Part shown: one piece after another, positions 39,532 through 49,334 of the stretch | Numbering within the stretch: position 1 is the stretch's first letter | Layout: each line of letters starts with the position of its first letter | Source: a virus | DNA: 64,000 nt | Virus record (IMG/VR): IMGVR_UViG_3300028025_000092 | Reading direction: 5' to 3' (one strand) | The notes under the pieces: model-generated | Seen by the model: the letters and a program-made list of their open reading frames with translations, nothing else | Told to the model about the DNA's origin: nothing | The model's database searches: none | Made by a program: the position numbers and the translations under genes

Positions 39532-42246
39532 ATGCCGCAAATAAACATACTAAATATTCTTCCTGGTGATCAACAATCAATACTCGTTGACAAGGTTAAT
39601 TATAACTTTGACCAGATATTAACAGCTGGTGGAGGACCACAAGGACCGCAAGGTATTAGGGGTGCTACTGGGGCTATAGGACCACAGGGAATTCAAGGAC
39701 CAACAGGACCTCAGGGTTTAAGAGGTGCGAGATGGTATGTACAACCTACTGCACCTGCTACTGGAAATCTTTTTAATACCCCGTGGGGGGAACCGGAGTT
39801 GGGAGATTATTGGCTTTCTGGAACAAGCGATGCAAATCCTCTTGGTGTATATGTTTATGATGAAATCGTGCCAGGAACACTTAATTGGGTATACTCTAGC
39901 GTTTCCTTTAATAACACCTCCGTATTTACCGCGGTAGATAATTTAAATAACACGAATGACAGGGCTTTAATTCACGACACTGAATTTAGTAACAAATACG
40001 GATTGGTTCTTAGCGATTACGGGGTTATTGGGGGAGAAACCAATTTTAATTATGATTCTGCATTTGTTAGTAAATTCACAATAAATGCTGAAAGAGCTAA
40101 ATTAAAGATAGCTACTGATCCTGTACAGGGTGCATCTTCTTTGATTTCCTTCGGCCGTGCAAATTTAGACAACGCAAACGGGGGAACAGGTGCTTCTTTC
40201 AGTCAGGGGCATAATCCAAGATTTCAGTGGAAAGTCCCATCTGCAACAAATGCTGATTATGATATACAATTTTTTAGCCCTGTTGGAAATTTTGAGATAC
40301 TTGCATCAGCTAGCACCTTTGGTGTAACTGGGGCAAATATTAGGATGTATGCTTCCTCCGCTGTAACTTTAATAGGAAACACATTTACTGTCACTAGAAC
40401 AGGAACAGGCAATACGTATTCTTCTACGGGTACAGGAACGTATGATGTTACTGGATCCCAGATAAGATTTGCCCCTGATTTTTCCCTTAGTGCTGGTAAT
40501 TTTATAGTCGGAGACGCTGTTAATACTGGGGGATCTAAAGGTATAGTCATTTCGACATCTACAAATATCCCTGGAAAATCTTTAGTATTTAAAAGTCATG
40601 CATCATTAGCGACAGATGTCGCTTACGGTAAAATAGCAGCAGAGAAGCAAAGCGGGGCATCCCCCGTTTCTAGTATAGCATTTGTTGCAGACGGAACTGG
40701 TACAAGAATGGATTTTTATATAAGCAACGGTGTCGCTAATTCAGGATTGGAATGGAACAGATTAAGACTCGATAAAGATGGTAATCTTCAATTTAGAAGT
40801 GCAGATTCCTCAATCTACATGGAGGATTTTGGTACAACAGCGGCAGGAAAAAATCTTACAATATCTGCAGGAGCTGGATCCCTAGGGGGAAGTTTAATAT
40901 TAAACGGAGGCTTAGGAAATGCTACAAGTAAAAGTGGTAATGTCGTTATAAATCCAGGTGCTGGATCACAGCTTGGCAGCATCTATTTACACACAACTCA
41001 ATCTAGTAAAACAAATGTTACAGGTGTTGCTATAGGAATTGATACTAGTACAACTGTTGACGCAGCATTGGTAGTCGCTGATACCAGTAACGGAATAACT
41101 GGCGGTGATATAATACAGCTTAAAAAATTCAGCCAAAGATCTACCAGCGGTGATCATTTTTTCGGATTTGATCAAGATGGGTATTTAACTAAAGGACTAC
41201 AGTTCAACGAACTTACAATTCCTTTACAGACGAGCGTTAATAATTTAGACTATTATGCCGAGGGCGATTGGAACACTAGTCTTTCCTTAACAACAATAGG
41301 AGCAGTTTCTGGGTGGGATTCAAGTAAATACAAAATAGTTAAATCAAGATTTACAAGGGTAGGTGATACTGTTCAAGTCGATTTTGTTATAAAAATAGAT
41401 TCTTTAACTTCCGGAGTGGCAACGCCATCCCCGGTTTCTGACGGATATATGTATATCTCCGGATTTCCATACACCCCAGATTTCAGTAGGGTTAGATTAG
41501 GTACTGCCACGAATCTATACACGGCACCTGCTATGCCTTTAGTTTCTCTTAAAGGAACAGGATTTGGTAATGCAGTAAGCTCAGGTGGAGCAAATCCTGT
41601 TGGTACTATACAAATCTATCCTGGATCTTCTGCGCCTGCTGGATGGTTAATATGTGACGGATCTGCAATATCTAGATCATCTTATGCAGATCTATTTGCT
41701 GCGATCGGAACAACATACGGAGCTGGGGATTTTACAACAACATTTAATCTTCCGGATTTAACTGGTAAGTTTGTTAGAGGTTTAGGGGGTGATTCAGCAT
41801 CTCTTGGTGCTATTCAACAGGATGCTATCAAAGAGCACAGACACGGTATACATTGGTGGCAATATAACGACAGAGGTAATACTAGTTCTAGTTTTGGCCA
41901 CGTGTCTGCTATTAAAAATACCGGTGGTTTTGGTAGTCCTCCAAACAAATTTACTGGTATTACAGAATACACTGGGCAGGATGTAAATTCTGAGGCATTA
42001 ATTTCTCAGGAAACGCGTCCAATCAATATGGCGATGAACTACATTATTTATGTAGGGACTTCTACCGGATCGTCTACACAGGCGGAATTCTCTGGTGCTT
42101 TTGTCAACGAAGGAAGTGGAAGATTTTATATCTATAACGGTAGTGGAAACCTAAATGTCTCTAACATGCCAGCAGGAAGCGGGGTTACCTCATATCTATA
42201 TGGAAGCTTTAGCTATTTCACATTAAGTTCTACTACATATACCTGA
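39532..42246 (+). CDS. tail fibre with collagen repeat and tail-collar domain
   Basis: N-terminal GDQQ..DKVNYNF; Gly-X-Y run; collar motif PVGTIQIY...PAGWLICDG...NLPDL.GKFVRG; ETRPINMAMNYII. Confidence 0.85.
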   Translation: MPQINILNILPGDQQSILVDKVNYNFDQILTAGGGPQGPQGIRGATGAIGPQGIQGPTGPQGLRGARWYVQPTAPATGNLFNTPWGEPELGDYWLSGTSDANPLGVYVYDEIVPGTLNWVYSSVSFNNTSVFTAVDNLNNTNDRALIHDTEFSNKYGLVLSDYGVIGGETNFNYDSAFVSKFTINAERAKLKIATDPVQGASSLISFGRANLDNANGGTGASFSQGHNPRFQWKVPSATNADYDIQFFSPVGNFEILASASTFGVTGANIRMYASSAVTLIGNTFTVTRTGTGNTYSSTGTGTYDVTGSQIRFAPDFSLSAGNFIVGDAVNTGGSKGIVISTSTNIPGKSLVFKSHASLATDVAYGKIAAEKQSGASPVSSIAFVADGTGTRMDFYISNGVANSGLEWNRLRLDKDGNLQFRSADSSIYMEDFGTTAAGKNLTISAGAGSLGGSLILNGGLGNATSKSGNVVINPGAGSQLGSIYLHTTQSSKTNVTGVAIGIDTSTTVDAALVVADTSNGITGGDIIQLKKFSQRSTSGDHFFGFDQDGYLTKGLQFNELTIPLQTSVNNLDYYAEGDWNTSLSLTTIGAVSGWDSSKYKIVKSRFTRVGDTVQVDFVIKIDSLTSGVATPSPVSDGYMYISGFPYTPDFSRVRLGTATNLYTAPAMPLVSLKGTGFGNAVSSGGANPVGTIQIYPGSSAPAGWLICDGSAISRSSYADLFAAIGTTYGAGDFTTTFNLPDLTGKFVRGLGGDSASLGAIQQDAIKEHRHGIHWWQYNDRGNTSSSFGHVSAIKNTGGFGSPPNKFTGITEYTGQDVNSEALISQETRPINMAMNYIIYVGTSTGSSTQAEFSGAFVNEGSGRFYIYNGSGNLNVSNMPAGSGVTSYLYGSFSYFTLSSTTYT
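39634..39726 (+). repeat. collagen-like Gly-X-Y repeat (about 10 triplets)
   Basis: GPQGPQGIRGATGAIGPQGIQGPTGPQGLRG. Confidence 0.9.
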
Positions 42247-42259
42247 TAAAAATTAATAA

Positions 42260-42547
42260 ATGAATACACTAGAGACGCAAAAAATAAGATCGATAATAGA
42301 TAACTACAGATTAATTCACAGTGATCTTAATTCTTATGAAAAGAATTTAGAAAATATGGTCATCGGGATAGAAGAAAAAACCGAAGAAAAAATATTTTCC
42401 GTTGGCAATAAAATAAAAGAGTGTATATCAAAATTAGAGAAGGAGAGAAAAACAGAGAAAGAATTCTTTCTCCACATTCAAGAAAAATACGGTCCTGGAG
42501 AATTTGATATAGAAACATTTCAATACAAAATAAAAAACCAATCATGA
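42260..42547 (+). CDS. small coiled-coil protein (possible fibre chaperone)
   Basis: Helical, ends EKYGPGEFDIETF; directly after the fibre gene. Confidence 0.5.
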   Translation: MNTLETQKIRSIIDNYRLIHSDLNSYEKNLENMVIGIEEKTEEKIFSVGNKIKECISKLEKERKTEKEFFLHIQEKYGPGEFDIETFQYKIKNQS

Positions 42548-43299
42548 AAGAAGTAAAACAAAAGGTAGAAAAGCAGATTGAAGTTGTACAGAAATTTAAG
42601 AATAATAATATAAAGCTTCTTGTAGTAGCAGCTCTTTTTATATTAGCATTTTTACTATACGGTACATTTAGCAACAACTATCACAAAAAAGAAATTAAAG
42701 CTCTTGAAAATGAGATAGGTTTAGTTCAAAAGAAATTTGATGCTGCAGTGGAGGAGAAAGAAAAATTAAAAGATTCTTCAGAGGTTTATGAGGATCTAGC
42801 TAAAGAGGAAGCTCTAAAAGCTGATATCTTTAGAGCAAAAGCTGCAAAGGAAAAAAAAGATAAAGAAGCCGCACTAGCAGCATTACAGAATTTACCAAAA
42901 GATGTAATCGACACATTTTTCATTAAGAGATATGCAGAAGTTCCTAAATCCGATATCGGTCTAGAATTGGACAAGAATGTGGGAAATGCCATAGTTGTAG
43001 AATTGGTAGAGAAAGATCATTTAGTTGGGCAATTAGCAACATCCGAGAATTTATCATTGTCCCTTACATCTCAAGTTAATACCCTAAAAACATCCTTAAA
43101 TTTTTCTAAATTAGCACTTGTGAGCGCAGACTCTGCAATCGTAGCTAGATCCAAGCAATTTGAATTACAGCAACAGGTAAGCAATCTATTAAAGGAAGAT
43201 TTAAAAACTGCTAAGAAAAAGGCTTTTTGGAATAAAATAAAAGGAACCGCAGTTGGCGTAGTTGTAGGATTAACCGTTGGACTTGTTGCAGTAAAATAA
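42544..43299 (+). CDS. membrane protein with N- and C-terminal TM helices and long coiled coil (spanin-like candidate)
   Basis: LLVVAALFILAFLLYG ... TAVGVVVGLTVGLVAV flank an approximately 190-aa coiled coil. Confidence 0.55.
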   Translation: MKEVKQKVEKQIEVVQKFKNNNIKLLVVAALFILAFLLYGTFSNNYHKKEIKALENEIGLVQKKFDAAVEEKEKLKDSSEVYEDLAKEEALKADIFRAKAAKEKKDKEAALAALQNLPKDVIDTFFIKRYAEVPKSDIGLELDKNVGNAIVVELVEKDHLVGQLATSENLSLSLTSQVNTLKTSLNFSKLALVSADSAIVARSKQFELQQQVSNLLKEDLKTAKKKAFWNKIKGTAVGVVVGLTVGLVAVK

Positions 43300-43384
43300 A
43301 ATTTAAGGAATGTTCTTAAATACAGAGAAATTGGATAGGTCTATACGGGAATTTAGTATGATATTATCGGATGGTAAAAAACTT

Positions 43385-43394
43385 GATATATAAA
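43385..43394 (+). promoter_or_regulatory. late-type promoter GATATATAAA
   Basis: 5 nt before ATG 43400. Confidence 0.65.
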
Positions 43395-43399
43395 GGAAT

Positions 43400-45736
43400 A
43401 TGTCAAGTTTCACTTATACTAGTAAATTCTTTAGTCTTGCTCCTTATTTATTAATGGAGTACAGGTACGGTAGTCAACCGGATCCTGAATTTCATCCAGT
43501 AAGCTTTGGAGCTTCCGCAGTTGGTTTTGAAAAAATAACCAATGGATATTTAAAGGGAGCAGTACAAATCCTTAACAGGGATCAGGATGCACAAACCACA
43601 GGAAACGTAAGAGATAGGAGTTCGGTTCAGATCTCACAAAATACCTTTGTTAGACTTGATATTGATAGATCTATTCAATATTTAGATTACGACGATAAAT
43701 TAACCAATGTATCAGATCTTCCGGTAGCTTTTGAAAGTAACCTAAACGTTTATTATGATACAGTAAGATATCACTTTTTGAGTGGTTTTGATTTTGGAAC
43801 CAGAGACGGAGCTATTATCCAAATCCAATTCTCCGAGAGAAATGGTAAGAAATCTACGGTCTCTCAGATAACATACGAAAAAGGTGATATTGATATTACC
43901 ACTCCAAATCCTACCCCCATTTATTTTAATGCAGGTATTTATGATCATTTTATAGAAGTAAAGATCCCTTCATATTCACAGATAACTTATGAGTACGACA
44001 CACAGGTAAATGCTGCTACTGCATCACAAACTACTGCTGCTAAAATAAGCTCGGACGGATCTGGATTTATTAGAAATCAGCCATTTAATGTTACTTTATT
44101 TGAAATAGAATCTACCCAAGATTTAAATGGATTCTATTACTATCAGACATCCATAAATAGTGTAGCTACTATAACACCTGCCGACGAGTATTCTGAGCTA
44201 GCAGCTAACGTAGAGGAAAACACAGATTTTGATTATTTTGAATATTATCCTAGTTGGAAAGGAAATTTCATCGAAGACTTTATTTATACAGAGAGTTCTC
44301 TTGGAAACATCTATTATATTATACATGATATAGAACTTCTTGAGCAGGTTGGATTGAGAAGAATTTCGACCCAAAAAATGCAGATACTTCAGGACAAGGA
44401 TTTTAATGCACCATATATTTATAGACCTGTAGTAATGAGTCCAAAGGCAACTAGTTTTTCTATTAATTATTCCATGAGGCTTGTTAACAAATATAACAAC
44501 GTTTCTATACTAAGAGTGGCAACACTAACAAGTACAGAAGTTGATAAATATGGACCAGGCATTAAAAAAATTAATTTATTAAATCAGCCTTATCCTCAGA
44601 AGGTTTATAATAAGATCGTTGAACCGGTTGTTACTAAAGCATATACATTAAATGTTAATCCTATAGAAAGAGTAATAACTAAATATGTTCCTGCTTTCTT
44701 TGAGAGAGAAAACATAAATATTACGGAAGAAAATTTAACAATAGATAGTCTTGGAGGATTAACACAATCAGCTACTTCAGACTCAACAGTGGCTTTTGGC
44801 CAGGGAAAATCTATGATCGTAGTAAATCCGTATGATAACTATTACAAGTTTAGAATATTTACCAAGAATGATGGAAAAGAAAATACCATCTTGGATCTTG
44901 GAACAAACTCAGACTTCTATTTGGTTTTTGAAGGAGGAGATAGCAAGACTGTTAGAATTTCAAGTTTATCTGACAGCACTTTCCAAAACCCAAATAAGGG
45001 AGAATTAGTTTTTAGAGTAGTTGAAGCTGATTCTAAAAAAATAGCATCATTTACTGAAAGAAATTTTCACATTGTTTCTAAAACAAACAATGGTATAGAA
45101 ACATCAATTTATCACGGATATTGGATACTTCCTTCGGAGAGAGATCAAAAACCAATTCCTGAACCTGTTATTGCTCCAGCACCTGCTCCAGCACCTGTTG
45201 TAATTTCGCCAGTGCAGGATACAACAACCCCTGTAGTTGACATTATTCCGCAACAGCCTAAGGATTACTTCGATATGAAAAATAGTGGCGTAGTATTAAA
45301 TGTTGAACCTGCAGTAATCAAACAAACACCAGAGGTTGAACCCCCTGTTGTTAAACCAAGACTTAAAGCAGATCTTGATACCCTCGCTAATATGATTAGT
45401 ACAGATGAGTCAGCAGGAAAAAGCTATAGTCAGATTGCTGATTACTATACTGTACCAGGAAATCCTGGAAATATGTTATATGAAGGAATAAGCGTTACGT
45501 TCTTCTTGAATGCAGTTAGACTCGTACATCCTGATACTGACGGACAAAGAAGCACTCAATTTATTCAATACTCCAATTATTTAGGAGTAATTTATGAGCC
45601 ATTTGAAAATCAAAGATATAGCGGAGGTGGAGGTGGAGGAATACCTCAGTATTTCAATGATGGAGGATATGGCGCAGATAGAAGGGAAAATAATGGATTT
45701 AACGAATCTGGTCAAGGACAGACTTTTTACTTATAA
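43400..45736 (+). CDS. virion structural protein with Pro-rich linker
   Basis: 778-aa ORF after a late motif; PEPVIAPAPAPAP linker. Confidence 0.55.
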   Translation: MSSFTYTSKFFSLAPYLLMEYRYGSQPDPEFHPVSFGASAVGFEKITNGYLKGAVQILNRDQDAQTTGNVRDRSSVQISQNTFVRLDIDRSIQYLDYDDKLTNVSDLPVAFESNLNVYYDTVRYHFLSGFDFGTRDGAIIQIQFSERNGKKSTVSQITYEKGDIDITTPNPTPIYFNAGIYDHFIEVKIPSYSQITYEYDTQVNAATASQTTAAKISSDGSGFIRNQPFNVTLFEIESTQDLNGFYYYQTSINSVATITPADEYSELAANVEENTDFDYFEYYPSWKGNFIEDFIYTESSLGNIYYIIHDIELLEQVGLRRISTQKMQILQDKDFNAPYIYRPVVMSPKATSFSINYSMRLVNKYNNVSILRVATLTSTEVDKYGPGIKKINLLNQPYPQKVYNKIVEPVVTKAYTLNVNPIERVITKYVPAFFERENINITEENLTIDSLGGLTQSATSDSTVAFGQGKSMIVVNPYDNYYKFRIFTKNDGKENTILDLGTNSDFYLVFEGGDSKTVRISSLSDSTFQNPNKGELVFRVVEADSKKIASFTERNFHIVSKTNNGIETSIYHGYWILPSERDQKPIPEPVIAPAPAPAPVVISPVQDTTTPVVDIIPQQPKDYFDMKNSGVVLNVEPAVIKQTPEVEPPVVKPRLKADLDTLANMISTDESAGKSYSQIADYYTVPGNPGNMLYEGISVTFFLNAVRLVHPDTDGQRSTQFIQYSNYLGVIYEPFENQRYSGGGGGGIPQYFNDGGYGADRRENNGFNESGQGQTFYL

Positions 45737-45742
45737 TAGACT

Positions 45743-46294
45743 ATGTTATTAAACTCTAGGCAGAATGGTTTTATATTTAATTTTCCTAAAGGATTCTTTT
45801 CAGATTCTTTAGAGGAAAAATACCATGGCTATGTTAAAAGGATGCCTATTCCCTATGACACGTTAAGGGATTTTATGAATTCTACAATTCAGCAGGTTTC
45901 ATTTCCTACCTTCCAAAGTATAGATAACGTAGAGCAGGTTAGACCCGGTGGATACAAACAGAACTATAAAAGTTCAACAAACATACAAAACCTAATACAA
46001 AGGAATTTCAGCGTTAGTTTTAAACTGGGCGAGGGATTTATTAATTACTGGATTATGTACGAGAGTATTGTTAATTTTCTGGATTTTAATAACCCGGAGC
46101 AGGTTCTTCCCGATTTAACTCTAAGACTGCTAGATCATGAGGGTATAATAATGTCAACCGTTGCTTTCCAGCAGCCTATATACACATCTTTGTCGGAAGC
46201 TCAGTTAAACTATTCAAGCACCACACCGCAATTCTCAACATTCAGTGTTGGATTTAGATGTAACTATGTAGATATTAAATTGGAGATAGGATAG
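45743..46294 (+). CDS. tail tube terminator/completion protein (gp3/gp19-like fold)
   Basis: IQQVSFPT...FSVSFKLGEGFINYWIMYE...LTLRLLD...YTSLSEAQLNY...FSVGF pattern. Confidence 0.65.
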   Translation: MLLNSRQNGFIFNFPKGFFSDSLEEKYHGYVKRMPIPYDTLRDFMNSTIQQVSFPTFQSIDNVEQVRPGGYKQNYKSSTNIQNLIQRNFSVSFKLGEGFINYWIMYESIVNFLDFNNPEQVLPDLTLRLLDHEGIIMSTVAFQQPIYTSLSEAQLNYSSTTPQFSTFSVGFRCNYVDIKLEIG

Positions 46295-46303
46295 GTAAAA
46301 CCC

Positions 46304-46966
46304 CTATTTTTCGATTTCATTCTTTAAAAATCTTGCTACCCAGATTGAATCAATTATATCCTCTGTTGGCTTCTTTACAGTACCGCTTTTAGTCACCATC
46401 ATTTCTTTCTTTTCCTTGATTAGGGTTATAAATTCTGAATTAACCTCTGTTTGTGAGCAAAGAGAATCGTACATATCTATCTTTTTAAAATTTCCCTTAC
46501 CTGCAAACTTTTTAATTGCAGTTGGGGAAAATACAAAAAATCTCCCCGAATCATTTCCAAGTATTTTTAGTATCTCACTTCTTAGTATTCCTGTCAGCAT
46601 GGAAATATCAATAAGGCTATTTCCTGGCGAACCGAAAGAAATGCCCTCCATTCCTATATACACATCGTCATCATCCCCTATAGATTCGATTATAGCATCC
46701 TTTATCTCATTAGCCAGAGATACAAAGTTAGCTATCTTTTCCCTTTCCCTGATATGATATTCTTTAGATTTGTCTAGCTCTTTATTTTTTATAATCATCT
46801 TTAATTCGCTACACTCGTTTAATAGAGTAAAGTGATCATTTCTGCTAAAAATCTTTTCTATATTATTGTCGGTCTTAAATACGGAGACCAAATTTATGGA
46901 ATTTCCCCTCAAAACACACACCCCTGTCGAATTTAAACTCAAATCTATTCCTATAATTGTTTTCAT
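46304..46966 (-). CDS. RuvC-like Holliday junction resolvase
   Basis: IGIDLSLNSTG, MEG, SPTAIKKFAGKGN and EDIIDS acidic residues. Confidence 0.8.
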   Translation of the reverse strand: MKTIIGIDLSLNSTGVCVLRGNSINLVSVFKTDNNIEKIFSRNDHFTLLNECSELKMIIKNKELDKSKEYHIREREKIANFVSLANEIKDAIIESIGDDDDVYIGMEGISFGSPGNSLIDISMLTGILRSEILKILGNDSGRFFVFSPTAIKKFAGKGNFKKIDMYDSLCSQTEVNSEFITLIKEKKEMMVTKSGTVKKPTEDIIDSIWVARFLKNEIEK

Positions 46967-46994
46967 ATCCTTTATATACCTTGGATATATAGAT

Positions 46995-47022
46995 GGAACT
47001 TTTTGACACAGTTAGGTATAAC
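46995..47022 (+). promoter_or_regulatory. bipartite promoter GGAACT-N16-TATAAC
   Basis: Recurring motif upstream of the gp32/primase/UvsW operon. Confidence 0.6.
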
Positions 47023-47065
47023 TTAGGAATCAATTTTAGTTAATTTAAAAAAATTTAGAAAAATC

Positions 47066-48058
47066 ATGGAAAATTTTGACATTTTCAGTTTGGACAACGA
47101 GGACTTCTTAAAGCCCGAACCAGTAAACACAGGCGGAGACGCTAACATCTACAAACCTTATCCTGAATTAGGAAAGGACGGGGTATACAAATCCCTTATT
47201 AGATTTCTACCTAACGTAGCAAATCCAAAAAAATCCAAAATCCACAAGTATTATGTTTGGTTGAAAGACCCAGTAGACAACAGCAACTTCGTTGCAGATT
47301 GTCCTTCTACTGTTGGTAAAAAATCAATTCTGAAAGATATTTTTTGGAAATTGAAGAATTCCCCATCTGCTAAAGATCAGGAATTAGCAAAATCATTCGC
47401 TAGGAAAGAAGATTATTATTCTTTAATCCAAGTAGTTAAAGATCCTAACAAACCTGAATTAGAGGGCAAGGTTATGGTTTTTAAATTCGGTAAAAAAGTT
47501 GCAGATATGATCGAGCAGCAAATTAAGCCAGAATACGGTACACCTTGTAATCCTTTTGATTTGTTCGAAGGTAAAAACTTTGGTGTTCACGTAAGAAAGG
47601 TTGGCGAATGGAATAATTATGATCTTTGCCAATTTGTTGGGGAAAAAGAAGGAATAAGAATTGAGGGAAAACAGGTTGAAAAGAATGACGAGGATCAAAA
47701 ACGAATTATTGATTATTTAAAAGCAGGTCCTCAGGATCTGGTTGAAAAATACGATTATAAGGAATGGTCAGATGATGATAGAGACAAAATCATGTCTATC
47801 ATCAGAAACCTCGTACCAGACGGAAGAATGGTAGCTGAGATTCTTTCAGGTTCACCAGATTCTAAACCTACGTATCAAGCTCCATCTAGCTCAAGTAACA
47901 ATCCACTTAAAAACGAACCTCAGAAAAGTTCAGCACCTGCTGATGATTTCTTTAGTGATACTAAATCCTTTGACGAGGAAGAGGAATCACCGAAGGCAGC
48001 ACCTAAAAAGGCAGCATCATCTTCTGGTAGTCTTGATGACCTATACAACGATCTTTAA
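47066..48058 (+). CDS. single-stranded DNA-binding protein (T4 gp32-like)
   Basis: LIRFLP, CPST, VVKDPNKPELEGKV..FKFGKK, PFDLFEG.NF; acidic tail LDDLYNDL. Confidence 0.9.
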   Translation: MENFDIFSLDNEDFLKPEPVNTGGDANIYKPYPELGKDGVYKSLIRFLPNVANPKKSKIHKYYVWLKDPVDNSNFVADCPSTVGKKSILKDIFWKLKNSPSAKDQELAKSFARKEDYYSLIQVVKDPNKPELEGKVMVFKFGKKVADMIEQQIKPEYGTPCNPFDLFEGKNFGVHVRKVGEWNNYDLCQFVGEKEGIRIEGKQVEKNDEDQKRIIDYLKAGPQDLVEKYDYKEWSDDDRDKIMSIIRNLVPDGRMVAEILSGSPDSKPTYQAPSSSSNNPLKNEPQKSSAPADDFFSDTKSFDEEEESPKAAPKKAASSSGSLDDLYNDL

Positions 48059-48078
48059 TATTTAAAATATGAGATCGT

Positions 48079-49131
48079 ATGCAAAAGCTAGGACTAGAAG
48101 AGGTAAAGGGTCTTGTAGCCAAGATCCTAGATAAATCTTTCCATGGTAATCCAGGGAAGCAAAAGATTTATTCCTCTACAAATAGATTAAATTTTTCTTG
48201 TCCGTATTGCGGAGACTCAAATGATCCACGTAAAAAGAGAGGCAATCTTTATTTAGATAGCCTCTCTTTTAAATGTTATAATGGTGGGTGTGGTCAATTC
48301 AGGGATCTTATCGGTTTATTATACGATCATGAATTATCCAGAGAGCTAACAATCGAACAACTTGAGGAAGCTAAAAATACAATTACTCTAAAAAAGAGTA
48401 ACAGAAGGATATCTGCAAACATCGACGTTTTCATTCTTGAAAATTACAGGGACGTTTTAGTCGAAAGAGAATTTTATAAGAACAAATTAAAACTTATAGA
48501 AATTCCAAGACCAATTAAGGAATACCTAACATCCAGAAATCAAATAACGGATGAGAAGTATCTTTATTGTCCTATTAAGAAGTCGATACATATTCTAAAC
48601 CTAACGTCTGATGGTAAGTATATACTAGGACTACAGCTTAGAAATATGAAAAAGAACGCGGTAAACAAATACTTTACGTACAGATTAAGTGGGATTCATA
48701 AAAATCTGTTGAGGAATTTTGATCCCACTATTCTATCTAAAGCGGAGGAACTAGATCCTATTTCTTTAGTGTTTGGATTTTCCAGTGTTAATTTAGACGA
48801 GACTGTTACTATCTTCGAAGGTCCTCTTGATTCCTTTTTATTCCCCAATGCGGTAGCTTTATGCTCAATCAACAACCCATTCCCGTTTGATATACCAAAT
48901 AAGAGATGGTTTTATGACGGGGATGAAGCAGGAAGGGATGCACTCAGAAAAAAATTATCAACGGGAGATACAGTTTTTCTTTGGGATAAATTTATAAAGG
49001 ATAATGATTTACCAGAAAGAGATAAATGGGATTTAAATGATCTTGTAAACTATCTTAGAACTTCTGGCAAGAAAATAAAAAGATTAGAAAAATATTTCAG
49101 TAACGAACAATGGGATTTAATTGGAATTTAA
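48079..49131 (+). CDS. DNA primase (gp61-like)
   Basis: Zn finger CPYCGDS...FKCYNGGC; TOPRIM FEGPLDS and YDGDEAG; WDLND. Confidence 0.9.
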   Translation: MQKLGLEEVKGLVAKILDKSFHGNPGKQKIYSSTNRLNFSCPYCGDSNDPRKKRGNLYLDSLSFKCYNGGCGQFRDLIGLLYDHELSRELTIEQLEEAKNTITLKKSNRRISANIDVFILENYRDVLVEREFYKNKLKLIEIPRPIKEYLTSRNQITDEKYLYCPIKKSIHILNLTSDGKYILGLQLRNMKKNAVNKYFTYRLSGIHKNLLRNFDPTILSKAEELDPISLVFGFSSVNLDETVTIFEGPLDSFLFPNAVALCSINNPFPFDIPNKRWFYDGDEAGRDALRKKLSTGDTVFLWDKFIKDNDLPERDKWDLNDLVNYLRTSGKKIKRLEKYFSNEQWDLIGI

Positions 49132-49334
49132 CAAAGGAGGAAATTGAGGCAATAGAGCATAAAAAATCTTTGCTGAAAGTTCCAGTATCATATATGGTAG
49201 ACTCTACCTTAGAGGTACCGGATCTTGAAAACAATTTTACCCCTAACGAGGTAAAAGTCTCTAAAAGAATAAAAACCGATATTGTTGATATAAAAAGTAA
49301 AAAGAAAAATAAAAGTAATAAGCTATATGAGTAG
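49110..49334 (+). CDS. hypothetical protein
   Basis: Fills the gap between primase and UvsY-like genes, overlapping both. Confidence 0.5.
   Translation: MGFNWNLTKEEIEAIEHKKSLLKVPVSYMVDSTLEVPDLENNFTPNEVKVSKRIKTDIVDIKSKKKNKSNKLYE

Noticed and set aside
43300-43384. Intergenic stretch as ncRNA or tRNA
   Set aside because: No cloverleaf or stable stem is visible.
47003-47022. TTGACA...TATAAC as a sigma70 promoter
   Set aside because: Spacing is only 8 nt; GGAACT-N16 fits better.
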